This document shows, in pieces, positions 19,895 to 29,683 of a stretch of DNA of 64,000 nt (position 1 is the first letter of the stretch; each line of letters starts with the position of its first letter). The notes beneath the pieces are model-generated. The model was not told the origin of the DNA. It saw only the letters and a list, made by a program, of their open reading frames with translations, and did not search any database. This DNA is from Spirochaetota bacterium. GTDB lineage: Bacteria; Spirochaetota; UBA4802; UBA5550. The translations under genes were made by a program, and so were the position numbers. The stretch spans positions 736,001 to 800,000 of the forward strand of contig CAXXHB010000002.1 in the NCBI GenBank assembly GCA_963664815.2, read 5' to 3'.

Positions 19895-21250
19895 ATGCTG
19901 GAAGATACAATCTGCGCACCGGCCAGTGCGCCGGTTAATTCATCCCTTGCAATAATAAGAATAAGCGGTCCTGATTCATATAGGGCCGCTTGCTCTTTCT
20001 TCTTGTCTCCTGAAAAAATAAAACACAGGTATGCAGCATACGGATCGATTACTGATGGCAGTATTATTCTTGATGATGTAATTCTTGTATACTATAAAGC
20101 TCCATCAAGCTTTACCGGAGAAGACATGGTGGAGATATTCTGCCATGGGAATCATCTTGTTGTAAGAAACATTATTCGCATGCTCTACAGGTTTAACATC
20201 AGAATAGCGGAACCTGGCGAGTTTTCCAAAAGGGCTTTCCTGAATGGGAAGATGGACCTTACGGAAGCCGAGGCTATTAATACACTCATTAATGCAAGAA
20301 GTGATTGGGAGATCAGTATTTCCATCAGTCAGATGCATGGATCGCTTAAAAGAGTTGTAGATAAACTGCGTGATGATGTTATTCTTCTGAAAGCGGACAT
20401 TGAAGCAGGAATAGATTTTTATGACCAGGATATAGAATTTGTTTCAAGCTCAGCAAGCCTTATGACAGTAAAAGAGATTTTTAATACACTTGTTGATTTG
20501 AAGGGAAGATGTTCAATCGGAAACAGAACCGCGAGAGGAATTGATGTCACTCTTGCCGGGCGACCGAATGTAGGCAAGTCGAGCCTTCTTAATCTTATAC
20601 TTAATGAAGAGCGTGCAATTGTTTCCGAAATTCCAGGTACGACAAGGGATCTTATAAAAGAGAGTGTTCAGATCGGTGGCGTCAGAATTAATTTAACCGA
20701 TACTGCGGGGCTTGGAATACCGGGAGATGATATTGAAAGAATGGGGATTGAACTTTCCAGAAAAAATATAGGAACGGCTTCTCTTATACTCATGATAGTG
20801 GATGCTGTATCAGGCTTAACAGATGCTGATAAAGAAATTATTTCTTCATTACGCGGTAAGAAGGTAATATATGTTCTCAACAAGATTGATATTGCCGGTT
20901 GTGAAAAAATAGGGAGAATATCTGCTGAAACCGGAATACCTTTCATTCCTGTTTCTGCAAAGGTTGGGACTGGATATAAAGAACTGGAAAGTGAAATCAT
21001 ATCAGTAATCAGCGGTGAATTTGTGGATTTCAGTAATTCATTTCTTGCCGATGAAAGAATTCTTTCCCTCATAGACTCTTCAACAGACATTGCAGAAAGA
21101 ACATCCCGTCTTCTTGAAAGAAATGAGCCGTCAGAAATAATAGCATTTGAGCTTGTTGAACTTATTCAGAACCTTTCTGATATTACCGGTGAAATCACGA
21201 CAGAGGATATACTGGGGTCAATATTCAGCAGGTTTTGTATTGGGAAGTAG
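19895..21250 (+). CDS. mnmE: tRNA modification GTPase MnmE/TrmE
   Basis: GRPNVGKSS, PGTTRD, DTAG, NKID, C-terminal FCIGK. Confidence 0.97.
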   Translation: MLEDTICAPASAPVNSSLAIIRISGPDSYRAACSFFLSPEKIKHRYAAYGSITDGSIILDDVILVYYKAPSSFTGEDMVEIFCHGNHLVVRNIIRMLYRFNIRIAEPGEFSKRAFLNGKMDLTEAEAINTLINARSDWEISISISQMHGSLKRVVDKLRDDVILLKADIEAGIDFYDQDIEFVSSSASLMTVKEIFNTLVDLKGRCSIGNRTARGIDVTLAGRPNVGKSSLLNLILNEERAIVSEIPGTTRDLIKESVQIGGVRINLTDTAGLGIPGDDIERMGIELSRKNIGTASLILMIVDAVSGLTDADKEIISSLRGKKVIYVLNKIDIAGCEKIGRISAETGIPFIPVSAKVGTGYKELESEIISVISGEFVDFSNSFLADERILSLIDSSTDIAERTSRLLERNEPSEIIAFELVELIQNLSDITGEITTEDILGSIFSRFCIGK

Positions 21251-21259
21251 GTTCGGCGG

Positions 21260-22060
21260 TTATTCTTTCCTTATGAAAATGCCTTTAATTATATCAAAAC
21301 TTTCTGCATTATATGCAATGGCATAATCTTTCAGAGCAAACCCATTTTCAATTATTGCCTTATAATCAAGATCATGACCGTTCAGGTATTTCAGTTTTAC
21401 ACCAGCATTCAGCAGTATTGGAATAGCTCCGGCCCAGTCCCACAGATATGATTTCCCTATGAAAGCCAGAAGCCTGTTGCGCCTGTTGTCTGCAGTGAGG
21501 CATGCGTGAAGAGCCGTTGATCCGAGGTTGCGTACTTTACCTGGAAAGTCTATCTTAACATCATGAATTTCGGAGGAGTAAAAAATGTTGGTTTCATTTT
21601 CAATGATAACAGATGGATCTGATACGAGTTTTTTACCGTTAAGGAACGAATCATTTCCATTATTGTAGAAGAGAAGATTTGATCCAGGGGAATAAACAAA
21701 TCCATAAACAGGTTTATATCCTTTGAAAATACCTACAGAAACACACCATATCGGGAGACGCATACTGAAGACAGCTGTTCCGTCTATAGGATCAATTATT
21801 ACAGATATTGTTTCTTCCGTAAAACTTAAATTAAAATTTGTCTTCTCTTCAGAGATGATCTGGAAATTCTTAAATTTTTCTGATATCTTTTCAGTAAGAT
21901 AATTCTGAACCCATAAATCCACTTGTGTAACTATTGAACTGTCCTCTTTTCTCTGAATTTCCAGGATGCCTCTCTGCATCTGAAGAGCGGTTGCACCGGC
22001 GCTATTTATTATTTCCAGGAAATATCTGAGGTCGTTTTGTGAAAGAAAGGTTTCGTTCAT
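21260..22060 (-). CDS. Inositol monophosphatase family (FIG) phosphatase
   Basis: SEE, IIDPIDGT and WDWAGA motifs. Confidence 0.9.
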   Translation of the reverse strand: MNETFLSQNDLRYFLEIINSAGATALQMQRGILEIQRKEDSSIVTQVDLWVQNYLTEKISEKFKNFQIISEEKTNFNLSFTEETISVIIDPIDGTAVFSMRLPIWCVSVGIFKGYKPVYGFVYSPGSNLLFYNNGNDSFLNGKKLVSDPSVIIENETNIFYSSEIHDVKIDFPGKVRNLGSTALHACLTADNRRNRLLAFIGKSYLWDWAGAIPILLNAGVKLKYLNGHDLDYKAIIENGFALKDYAIAYNAESFDIIKGIFIRKE

Positions 22061-22078
22061 AACATCCGTTTGCCGGCT

Positions 22079-22822
22079 TTATTCACCCAGGTATGCAGCT
22101 TTAACTTTTGGATTAATAAGGAGATTGCTGCTGAGATCTTCAAGTACTATATTTCCGGTTTCCATTACATAACCTTTGTTGGAAATGCTTAGAGCCATTT
22201 TTGCATTCTGCTCAACAAGAAAGATCGTCACTTTGTCTTCCCTGCTTATACGGGATATTGTTGCGAAAATATTCTGAATTATTATAGGGGCAAGACCGAG
22301 TGCTGGTTCATCCAGAAGCAGAAGTTTTGGTGAACTCATAAGTGCCCTGGCTATGGCGAGCATCTGCTGCTCCCCTCCAGAGAGAGAGCCGGCCAGCTGT
22401 TTTCTTCTGTCATGCAGTATTTCGAACATCGAATATTTTTCATCTATGCGGCGTTTCTTTTCAGCCTTATCATTTAAAAGGAACGCGCCCATTTCAAGAT
22501 TTTCAAGAACTGTCATCTCCGGGAACACTCCCCGCCCCTCCGGTACCATTGAGATTCCTGATGCTATGATTTTATCTGTGGAAAGGTTATGTTTTGAATT
22601 TTTCGCGGATTCTCTTATGGGAGTTCCATTGAGTATAATATTTCCATGATTCAATGGTTCGAGTCCGACAATTGATTTGAGTAGAGTTGATTTGCCCGCA
22701 CCGTTTGCTCCGATAAGGGATACGATCTCCCCTTCATCAACGCTTATGTTAATTCCTTTTAATGCTTCTATATTCCCGTAGCTTACGCGGACATCTTTAA
22801 GTTCAAGTATTTTTTTACTCAT
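22079..22822 (-). CDS. livF: Branched-chain amino acid ABC transporter ATPase
   Basis: GANGAGKST, LSGGEQQMLAIARAL, LVEQN. Confidence 0.93.
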   Translation of the reverse strand: MSKKILELKDVRVSYGNIEALKGINISVDEGEIVSLIGANGAGKSTLLKSIVGLEPLNHGNIILNGTPIRESAKNSKHNLSTDKIIASGISMVPEGRGVFPEMTVLENLEMGAFLLNDKAEKKRRIDEKYSMFEILHDRRKQLAGSLSGGEQQMLAIARALMSSPKLLLLDEPALGLAPIIIQNIFATISRISREDKVTIFLVEQNAKMALSISNKGYVMETGNIVLEDLSSNLLINPKVKAAYLGE

Positions 22823-23597
22823 CAGTTTTTCCTAAGTATGCTTCTATTACTTCTTTGTTATTCTGAACCTGCGCAGGTGTTCCCTCTGCTATTTTTTTTC
22901 CGTAGTTTAAGACTACGATTTTATCACAGATATTCATAACCAGTTTCATGTCATGTTCAATCAGCACAATTGTAATACCAAGATCGCGAATCTTTTTAAT
23001 CGTTATCATCAGGCTATCTGTTTCCTGAGGATTCATGCCGGCGGCAGGTTCATCGAGGAAAAGTATTTCCGGTTCAGTGGCAAGCGCTCTGGCAATTTCT
23101 AGCTCTCTCTGTTTTCCGTAAGGGAGATTTTTTGCATACTCATCACGCATTTCCAGCAGATTGAAAAATCCCAACCATTTAAGGGAGTTCTCGTAAATAT
23201 CCTTTTCCTCTTTTTTTACATAAATTCTTCCAAGGAGAAAGTTGACAAATTTATTTTTTACAATTCTCGGATGATTTCCCCTGAAATGCCTCCCTATCAT
23301 TACATTTTCAAATACAGTCATCTCTTTGAAGAGACGTATATTCTGGAAAGTTCTGGCTATTCCGCTTCTTGTTATTTTGTAAGCGGGGAGTTCAGTAATA
23401 TCCTCACCCTTAAAAAAGACATGCCCGCTTGTCGGGAAATCAAGACCGGTAATTGTGTTGAAAAGAGTAGTTTTCCCTGCTCCGTTGGGACCGATCAATC
23501 CCGTTATTGAGTCTTTATATATCTCAATATCAACATCGGCAACCGCTATAACCCCGCCGAACTCTCTCCTTAAATTTTGTGTGTATAGTAGAGGCAC
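22815..23597 (-). CDS. livG: Branched-chain amino acid ABC transporter ATPase
   Basis: GPNGAGKTT, ARTFQNIRLF, LPYG, DEPAAGMN, IEHDM. Confidence 0.93.
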   Translation of the reverse strand: MPLLYTQNLRREFGGVIAVADVDIEIYKDSITGLIGPNGAGKTTLFNTITGLDFPTSGHVFFKGEDITELPAYKITRSGIARTFQNIRLFKEMTVFENVMIGRHFRGNHPRIVKNKFVNFLLGRIYVKKEEKDIYENSLKWLGFFNLLEMRDEYAKNLPYGKQRELEIARALATEPEILFLDEPAAGMNPQETDSLMITIKKIRDLGITIVLIEHDMKLVMNICDKIVVLNYGKKIAEGTPAQVQNNKEVIEAYLGKTDE

Positions 23598-23598
23598 T

Positions 23599-24519
23599 TT
23601 ACTTCTCCAGATTTAATATTTCTTCTTTAACAATTTTAGCGTAGTTGAGTTTTATCCTCCCGATTATTCCCTGCGGTCTGTATATCATCATGAACACAAG
23701 GATAAATCCGAAGAGAATCTGGTTGAGCTGCGGTGGTATAATATGGGAAATTCCGAGAAGCCTCGGAAGTTCGGATGCAATTACAATTATAATTGTACCG
23801 ATTACAGTGGCTAAACTGTTTCCCAGACCACCAAGCACCGCCATGCATAGAATCATTATTGACATCATGAAATCAAATGTCAGTGGTGCAACAGATTGGT
23901 TAAAAGCAGCAAAGAAACTACCCGCTATGCCACCGAGGAACGCGCCGGTTGTGAATGCTCCGATTTTATATTTTGCGGTATTTATACCCATAGAGGAAGC
24001 TGCGATTTCATCTTCCCTTATTGCTTCAAGGGCTCTTCCAACCCGGGATCGGACAATACGTCTTATAAAATAAAATGTAATTGCCACACTGCTCCAGATA
24101 ATAATCATCCACTCAACTTTATCCATGGATGAGAGAGTTATTCCGAATATTGATGAATCGGGTATTCCGTTAATTCCCATGGGCCCTTTTGTGACGCTGT
24201 CCCAGTTGATTATAATGTTTTTTACAATCTCCCCGAAGCCGAGTGTCGCAATAGCCAGATAGTCCCCTTTAAGTCTGAGAGTAGGTATACCGATAATAAT
24301 ACCGAAGAGTGATGCAATAAAACCTGAAATAAGCACCGATTCCCAGAAGCCGATGTGGCAGGTTGTCATCAGCACGGCTGTAGTGTAGGCGCCGATTGCC
24401 AGAAACCCTGCCTGGCAGAGTGAGAGAAGCCCTGTATAACCTACAATAAGATTGAGTCCAAGAGACGCTATGGCATAGATCCCTATATAAATAAAGATAA
24501 GTAATATAAAGTTGAGCAT
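23599..24519 (-). CDS. livM: Branched-chain amino acid ABC permease
   Basis: LRLKGDYLAIATLGFGEI, AIREDEIAA, RPQGI. Confidence 0.92.
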   Translation of the reverse strand: MLNFILLIFIYIGIYAIASLGLNLIVGYTGLLSLCQAGFLAIGAYTTAVLMTTCHIGFWESVLISGFIASLFGIIIGIPTLRLKGDYLAIATLGFGEIVKNIIINWDSVTKGPMGINGIPDSSIFGITLSSMDKVEWMIIIWSSVAITFYFIRRIVRSRVGRALEAIREDEIAASSMGINTAKYKIGAFTTGAFLGGIAGSFFAAFNQSVAPLTFDFMMSIMILCMAVLGGLGNSLATVIGTIIIVIASELPRLLGISHIIPPQLNQILFGFILVFMMIYRPQGIIGRIKLNYAKIVKEEILNLEK

Positions 24520-24521
24520 CT

Positions 24522-25454
24522 CTATACCTTTTCCCTTATATTCTTGATTAAAATTCCGCTTGGTTTGAGGAGGAGAATAAGAATCAGAACTGAAAATGCG
24601 ATAGTGTCTTTCAATCCCTGCGGTATGCCGAGAATAACAACCCCAAAAGTTTCAAGAAGCCCTAATATTATACCACCGAGCATTGCACCGCTGATATTGC
24701 CTATCCCTCCGACAACAGCGGCGATGAATGCTTTCAGGCCTGCCATCGTTCCCATGGTTGGATAAACCTTGAATTCAAGAGCCATAAGAACACCGGCAAC
24801 AGCCGCTAGAGCCGAACCTATGGCGAATGTCAGTGATATTATAAGGTTTACATTTATACCCATCAGGGCAGCAACCGGCTGGTTTTGGCTGGTTGCTCTC
24901 ATGGCTTTTCCAAGCTTTGACCTGTCAACAAATAGCTTTAATCCCGTCATCATTATAAGGCCAACGGCAAGTATCATAAGCTGGTTTGGAGTAACACTGG
25001 ATTCTCCGATCTGTATTGATGTGTTGTCGAAAGGATATTCAAATCTTTTGGATTTTGTTCCGAAGAAGAGGGCAGCAGCATTTGTAAGAATAATTGATAC
25101 CCCGATAGCACTTAAAAGTGGTGCAAGCCGCGGAGCTTTACGCAGCGGTTTGTATGCGATTTTTTCAATCGCAACTCCCAGGAATGCACTGGAAATCATT
25201 GAAATAAGCAGAGCGGCAATAAAGATACTTATAGTATATGTTGATCCCTTTGATGGATCGTACAGGAAAAAATAAAAATAATACCCGGCATAGGTTCCGG
25301 CCATGAGAATTTCACCGTGAGCAAAGTTAATAAATTTAAGTATTCCATATACCATTGTGTAACCAAGGGCAATAAGTGAGTATATTGCACCAAGGGTTAA
25401 TCCGTTTATCAGGTGCTGAAGCAACTCATTCGATGGTATGTTAAAAAGATTCAT
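24522..25454 (-). CDS. livH: Branched-chain amino acid ABC permease
   Basis: ALGYTMVYGILKFINFAHGE, KAFIAAVVGGIG; start moved to ATG 25454. Confidence 0.92.
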   Translation of the reverse strand: MNLFNIPSNELLQHLINGLTLGAIYSLIALGYTMVYGILKFINFAHGEILMAGTYAGYYFYFFLYDPSKGSTYTISIFIAALLISMISSAFLGVAIEKIAYKPLRKAPRLAPLLSAIGVSIILTNAAALFFGTKSKRFEYPFDNTSIQIGESSVTPNQLMILAVGLIMMTGLKLFVDRSKLGKAMRATSQNQPVAALMGINVNLIISLTFAIGSALAAVAGVLMALEFKVYPTMGTMAGLKAFIAAVVGGIGNISGAMLGGIILGLLETFGVVILGIPQGLKDTIAFSVLILILLLKPSGILIKNIREKV

Positions 25455-25480
25455 TCTTTTATATCCTTTAAATCTATGCA

Positions 25481-25514
25481 TAAGAGAGGCCGCAGTTTTG
25501 AGCGGCCTCTCTTA
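25481..25514 (-). terminator. Intercistronic hairpin between livK and livH (stabiliser or partial terminator)
   Basis: Perfect 13-bp stem TAAGAGAGGCCGC / GCGGCCTCTCTTA with an 8-nt loop. Confidence 0.75.
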
Positions 25515-25522
25515 AAAGAAAA

Positions 25523-26710
25523 TTATTTTATTTCAACGAGCTTTTCGCCGTCAAGTTTAAACATTTTAAGCTGTTTGAATTTTTTATTTTCTACAGTATA
25601 GATACCTATATTGGCAACCAGGTCTCCATTTTCAGTAAAAGTAATTTTTCCGGATGCTCCGTTATAATCCTTTGTTTTTGCGACCAAATCTCTTACTTTA
25701 TCTCTATCGACTTTGAGGTCTCCACCCATGCTTTTACCGGATGTAACTTTAATTGCATTGAGGATGATTTTAGCTCCATCATAAGCATTAAGGCTGAATG
25801 CATCAGGTTTTTCACCCCATTTTGCCTGATACTTTGCTTCGAAATCCTTTTTTATCTGACTAGCGGGCTGCTCTGCTGCCTGTGTATAAATTACACCATT
25901 AGCAAGATCTTTGGCAAGTTCAAGAATCTGAGGGTTGGAAAATCCGTCAGCGCTGTAGAATTTAGTTTTTAAACCAAGCTGTTTCGCCTGTTCGAGAATC
26001 TGTGCAATTTCAGCAACATAGTTCGGGATATAAAGGGCTTCCGGATTAGTTCCTTTAATTTTTGTCAATTGTGTTTTGAAGTCTTTATCGCCCTGTAGAG
26101 CAGTTTCAACCGAAACAACTTTACCCCCTTCTTTTTCATACTGGTCTTTAAAGCCCATTGCAAGACCCTGGCTGTAATCGTTTTTAACATAAAGGATAGC
26201 GCAGGTTTTTACATTTTCATTTTTCGCAAGGTATTTCCCGAAAACTATCGCCTGAAGTCCATCACTAATAACATCTCTGAAGATAAATTTACCTTTATCA
26301 GGAAAGTCTTTATGAGTTGTTGATGGAGAGATCATAACGATTTTTGCAGCTTCTGCTTTTGGAGCTACAGCAAGGGACACTGAACTGAAAACAGCTCCGA
26401 CCAATCCAATAACTTTGTCAACGCCTGCAAGCTTTTCAATGGCAGGACTACCCTTTTCAACTTTTCCTTCATCATCTTCAACGATAAGCTCAGCTTTAAA
26501 ACCATCTGCTCCGCCTGCCGCATTAAATTCTTCAACAGCAATTTTAACAGACTGGCTCATAAGCTTGCCGTAATTGCCTGCATCACCGGTCATCGGTCCC
26601 ATAAAACCGATTTTGATGGTCTGTCCTGACTTAATTACATCAGAATCTTTTCCGCATGCAATAAATGAAAGAAGCATGAGAGAAAAGAGAACAGCGAGAA
26701 ACTTTTTCAT
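25523..26710 (-). CDS. livK: Branched-chain amino acid binding lipoprotein (LivJ/LivK family)
   Basis: Lipobox FIAC; IKIGFMGPMTG, DKDFKTQLTKIK, AYDG. Confidence 0.85.
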   Translation of the reverse strand: MKKFLAVLFSLMLLSFIACGKDSDVIKSGQTIKIGFMGPMTGDAGNYGKLMSQSVKIAVEEFNAAGGADGFKAELIVEDDEGKVEKGSPAIEKLAGVDKVIGLVGAVFSSVSLAVAPKAEAAKIVMISPSTTHKDFPDKGKFIFRDVISDGLQAIVFGKYLAKNENVKTCAILYVKNDYSQGLAMGFKDQYEKEGGKVVSVETALQGDKDFKTQLTKIKGTNPEALYIPNYVAEIAQILEQAKQLGLKTKFYSADGFSNPQILELAKDLANGVIYTQAAEQPASQIKKDFEAKYQAKWGEKPDAFSLNAYDGAKIILNAIKVTSGKSMGGDLKVDRDKVRDLVAKTKDYNGASGKITFTENGDLVANIGIYTVENKKFKQLKMFKLDGEKLVEIK

Positions 26711-26740
26711 AATAAACGCTCCTTCTTAAAATTAATTGGT

Positions 26741-26816
26741 TATATTATTAGGCGCGAACGCCTGAAATATACAGAGGTTGAACGCTCCCGGAGAGACTTT
26801 TAATAATGAGTCCCTC
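26741..26816 (-). promoter_or_regulatory. Structured 5' leader of the liv operon
   Basis: Minus-strand hairpins GAGGGACT...AGTCTCTC and AGGCG-UUCG-CGCCT. Confidence 0.45.
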
Positions 26817-27218
26817 TTATTATCCGTAAAATCAAGATACAATGACTATAATAATTTTTCAAGTCAACAATTCCAGTACTTTTCCTGAATTTGCTTTTCA
26901 GTTTGTTAAAATAATTCAGATAATATGCCTCTCTGCTCAGTCATGTCGCAGTTGAAATTATAATTACTGTATCATTTGCATTGTTATCTGATATCATTTT
27001 GGCTTTTATAAGAATATGTCAATTATATAATCTGATGACAGCACACATTTTGCATGATTCTTTAATAAGAATCTGAAGATGAGAGAGAACATTCTTGCAG
27101 GATAAGGACTTCTGTCTTGCATAATTTGAACATGATTCAGATTTGTCCAGACAGAGAAGTTATTTCTATAACGATAATAATTATTGACACTTTTTAGTTC
27201 AGGTTATGGTTTTTAATT

Positions 27219-28208
27219 ATGATAAAATTTACATCAAACACACTTTTTATGGCTCCAATGGCGGAGATAACCACTCCGGCTCTCCGAAGGTGTATAAGAA
27301 AATTCGACAGGGAGACTGTACTCTATTCAGAGATGCTGAGCGGGGCCGCAATTGCATGCGGTTCATATCACAATGAACCACTTACAGTTGTAAACGAAGA
27401 GGATGAACCCTTTGTTTTTCAGCTTCTCGGAGGTGACCCCGATTTAATGGCTGAAGCGTGTAGAATTCTTTCTGAAAAAAAATGTTCGGGAATAGATATC
27501 AATATGGGATGTTCAGCTCCCGATATTGTGAAAAAACTCCAGGGCTCAAGACTTCTCTCTGACAAGACTGCGACAAGGAAGATTATGGAAAAGTGCAGGA
27601 AGGCATATAGTGGCACATTGTCGGTAAAAATGCGAAGTGGTTTTGAAGAAAGTGATAATAAGTATCTGGTGGATTTTGCACGGATGCTTGAGGGGGAGGG
27701 AGTCGATTATATAACACTTCACCCAAGGCACGGGAAACTCTCTTTCAGAAGGACGGCTGACTGGGGACTTGTAAAGCTTCTTAAAGAAAGCATAAAGATT
27801 CCTGTTGTCGGGAATGGAGATATTGCAACCCCTGAGGATGTACAGTGGCGTTTTCGTGAAACCTCCTGTGACGGTATTATGATAGGGAGAAATGCTGTTG
27901 CCTTTCCATGGATTTTCAGGCTTTCAAGAGAGTTTATGGAAAATGGTACATACAGTATGGAGGTTAACCTTCAAGAAATCTTCAGGGATGTGCTTCTTGG
28001 AATTAAAAATGATCTTCCGGACCATCTCCATAAGAGCAGGGGGCACAGGTTTGCATTCTATTTTTCAAAGAATTTTATTTTTTCACATGAAATTTTTAAA
28101 AAAATAAGAAATGTTGATCAGATAGATTTAATGATTGAAATTATTGATGATTATGTTTTAAGGAATCCAGAAGAGAGGATAAAGGTTTTAACAGGAGGAA
28201 TCATCTGA
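27219..28208 (+). CDS. tRNA-dihydrouridine synthase family protein
   Basis: MAPMA, YSEM, IDINMGC, VKMRSG, GNGDI, MIGR. Confidence 0.92.
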   Translation: MIKFTSNTLFMAPMAEITTPALRRCIRKFDRETVLYSEMLSGAAIACGSYHNEPLTVVNEEDEPFVFQLLGGDPDLMAEACRILSEKKCSGIDINMGCSAPDIVKKLQGSRLLSDKTATRKIMEKCRKAYSGTLSVKMRSGFEESDNKYLVDFARMLEGEGVDYITLHPRHGKLSFRRTADWGLVKLLKESIKIPVVGNGDIATPEDVQWRFRETSCDGIMIGRNAVAFPWIFRLSREFMENGTYSMEVNLQEIFRDVLLGIKNDLPDHLHKSRGHRFAFYFSKNFIFSHEIFKKIRNVDQIDLMIEIIDDYVLRNPEERIKVLTGGII

Positions 28209-28513
28209 TGGAGTATATGAGAGTCTGGAAAGAGATTGATATTGAGGATGTTCAGAATCATATAATAATGGTTGAAGACAAATACGGCCATTGTCCCGGA
28301 TGCAAACAAATTGGTATAGAATTGAAGGATTTAAAAAAATGCCCAGGTTGTGGAAGAGTGTTTAAATTTGTTACTTCCAAAGATGCCCGAAGCGGGAAAG
28401 TAGATATAGTGGGGAGGACCAGAAAAAAACTTCCGGATCTTGTTTTTGTGGATTATGATGATTATGAAAGGGTAACAGGTAAAAAGAAAGCGGAGAGTCT
28501 GTTCAATATATAA
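28208..28513 (+). CDS. Small zinc-ribbon hypothetical protein
   Basis: Two CPGC motifs; TGATG overlap with the dus stop; AGGAGG RBS. Confidence 0.8.
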   Translation: MEYMRVWKEIDIEDVQNHIIMVEDKYGHCPGCKQIGIELKDLKKCPGCGRVFKFVTSKDARSGKVDIVGRTRKKLPDLVFVDYDDYERVTGKKKAESLFNI

Positions 28514-28514
28514 A

Positions 28515-29009
28515 TCAAAGAAAGTCGTCCTTTTCACCTTTGATTTTTTTATAATAGTGGCGGTAGTAAGTAAATGCTTTGTATTCATCTCCAAGTAGAT
28601 CATATACCACACCCATATTATAGAGAGCTTCTATATATGTTTTGTCTCTGTTGTATGCTTCTTTAAATGAATGCAGAGATCCAATTAATTTACCGGAAAC
28701 CATTTCAGCCAGTCCAAGTTTGAACCATCCTCTGACAAAACCGGGATCAAGTGAAACGGCGATCTTTAAATGCCTTATAGCATCAGGAGCTCCCCCTTTT
28801 CTGAGAATGTAAACTCTCCCAAGCCCGTAATGCCCCAGAACATAAGATGGATTAATTTCCAAAGCGTGTTTGAAATTTTTTTCAGCCTCGTTTAAATCTC
28901 CTGCCTTGAATGATTCTACCCCTTTCATGTAGTAAACAGTGGAGTTTTCTGCGAACGCAGACGTTTGTATAATTAGCAGGAAAAGGAGAATTGTAACATA
29001 TCGTTTCAA
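28515..29009 (-). CDS. Secreted TPR-repeat protein
   Basis: Signal peptide; TPR repeats such as ALEINPSYVLGHYGLG and EALYNMGVVY. Confidence 0.85.
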   Translation of the reverse strand: MKRYVTILLFLLIIQTSAFAENSTVYYMKGVESFKAGDLNEAEKNFKHALEINPSYVLGHYGLGRVYILRKGGAPDAIRHLKIAVSLDPGFVRGWFKLGLAEMVSGKLIGSLHSFKEAYNRDKTYIEALYNMGVVYDLLGDEYKAFTYYRHYYKKIKGEKDDFL

Positions 29010-29013
29010 TACA

Positions 29014-29469
29014 TCATCCGGCTTTAGGGATCATTTTTTTTAAATTCTCGTAAAAGAATTTTTCAATCCCTGTACTGAAGAAAAAATAAATGATAAAAAC
29101 AATCCATAAAATGATAGTAAGCAGACAAAGAAAACGCAGAAGTTTTTCAGAACCTGAATCATCTGCTTTAAAAAAAATGATTATAAGAGCAAGGGGCCAT
29201 ATTATAAACATGCCTGCAAAAGTTATAATAAGCAATTCTTTAAGGAATTCAATAATTGAAATATACCAGCCTATTTTAAATGCTGTAAAGCTTGCGCTGA
29301 TCTCGGTGAAAAAAAACCATAAATAAAAAAAGAAAATCAGGGTGGCGATAAGTTTCCAGAAGAGTTCAATCCTGGGCCTGAACCAAAGTAATAAAACAGT
29401 TATCCCCCAAACTGTGAAAAATAAAAAAATTGATTTTAACATTAATACATTATTCACCATAAGGCTCAC
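29014..29469 (-). CDS. Hypothetical membrane protein (about 4 TM)
   Basis: Hydrophobic ORF abutting the TPR gene; start uncertain. Confidence 0.7.
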   Translation of the reverse strand: MSLMVNNVLMLKSIFLFFTVWGITVLLLWFRPRIELFWKLIATLIFFFYLWFFFTEISASFTAFKIGWYISIIEFLKELLIITFAGMFIIWPLALIIIFFKADDSGSEKLLRFLCLLTIILWIVFIIYFFFSTGIEKFFYENLKKMIPKAG

Positions 29470-29683
29470 CTGTAATATTTTTTCGATATAATTTTAGACA
29501 AATACACAATAATATAATCTGCGATAAGAAGCCGTTAATCATTTCAGAAACCGCTAATAGCTTTTGCCGATTAAAAAAACAATGTTTTTTAATAGCCATT
29601 AATTTATTATCGAAATTTTATTGCATTATTGCAATAAAAATATCGGATGTAAAAAGCAGTTATCATTAATTTAAAGGATTACA

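Noticed and set aside
22651-22672. GGTTCGAGTCC resembling a tRNA T-loop
   Set aside because: Lies inside livF on the antisense strand, with no cloverleaf
26711-26830. Glycine riboswitch or T-box ahead of livK
   Set aside because: Lacks the CCGAAG/CUCAGG elements and the UGGNACC T-box bulge
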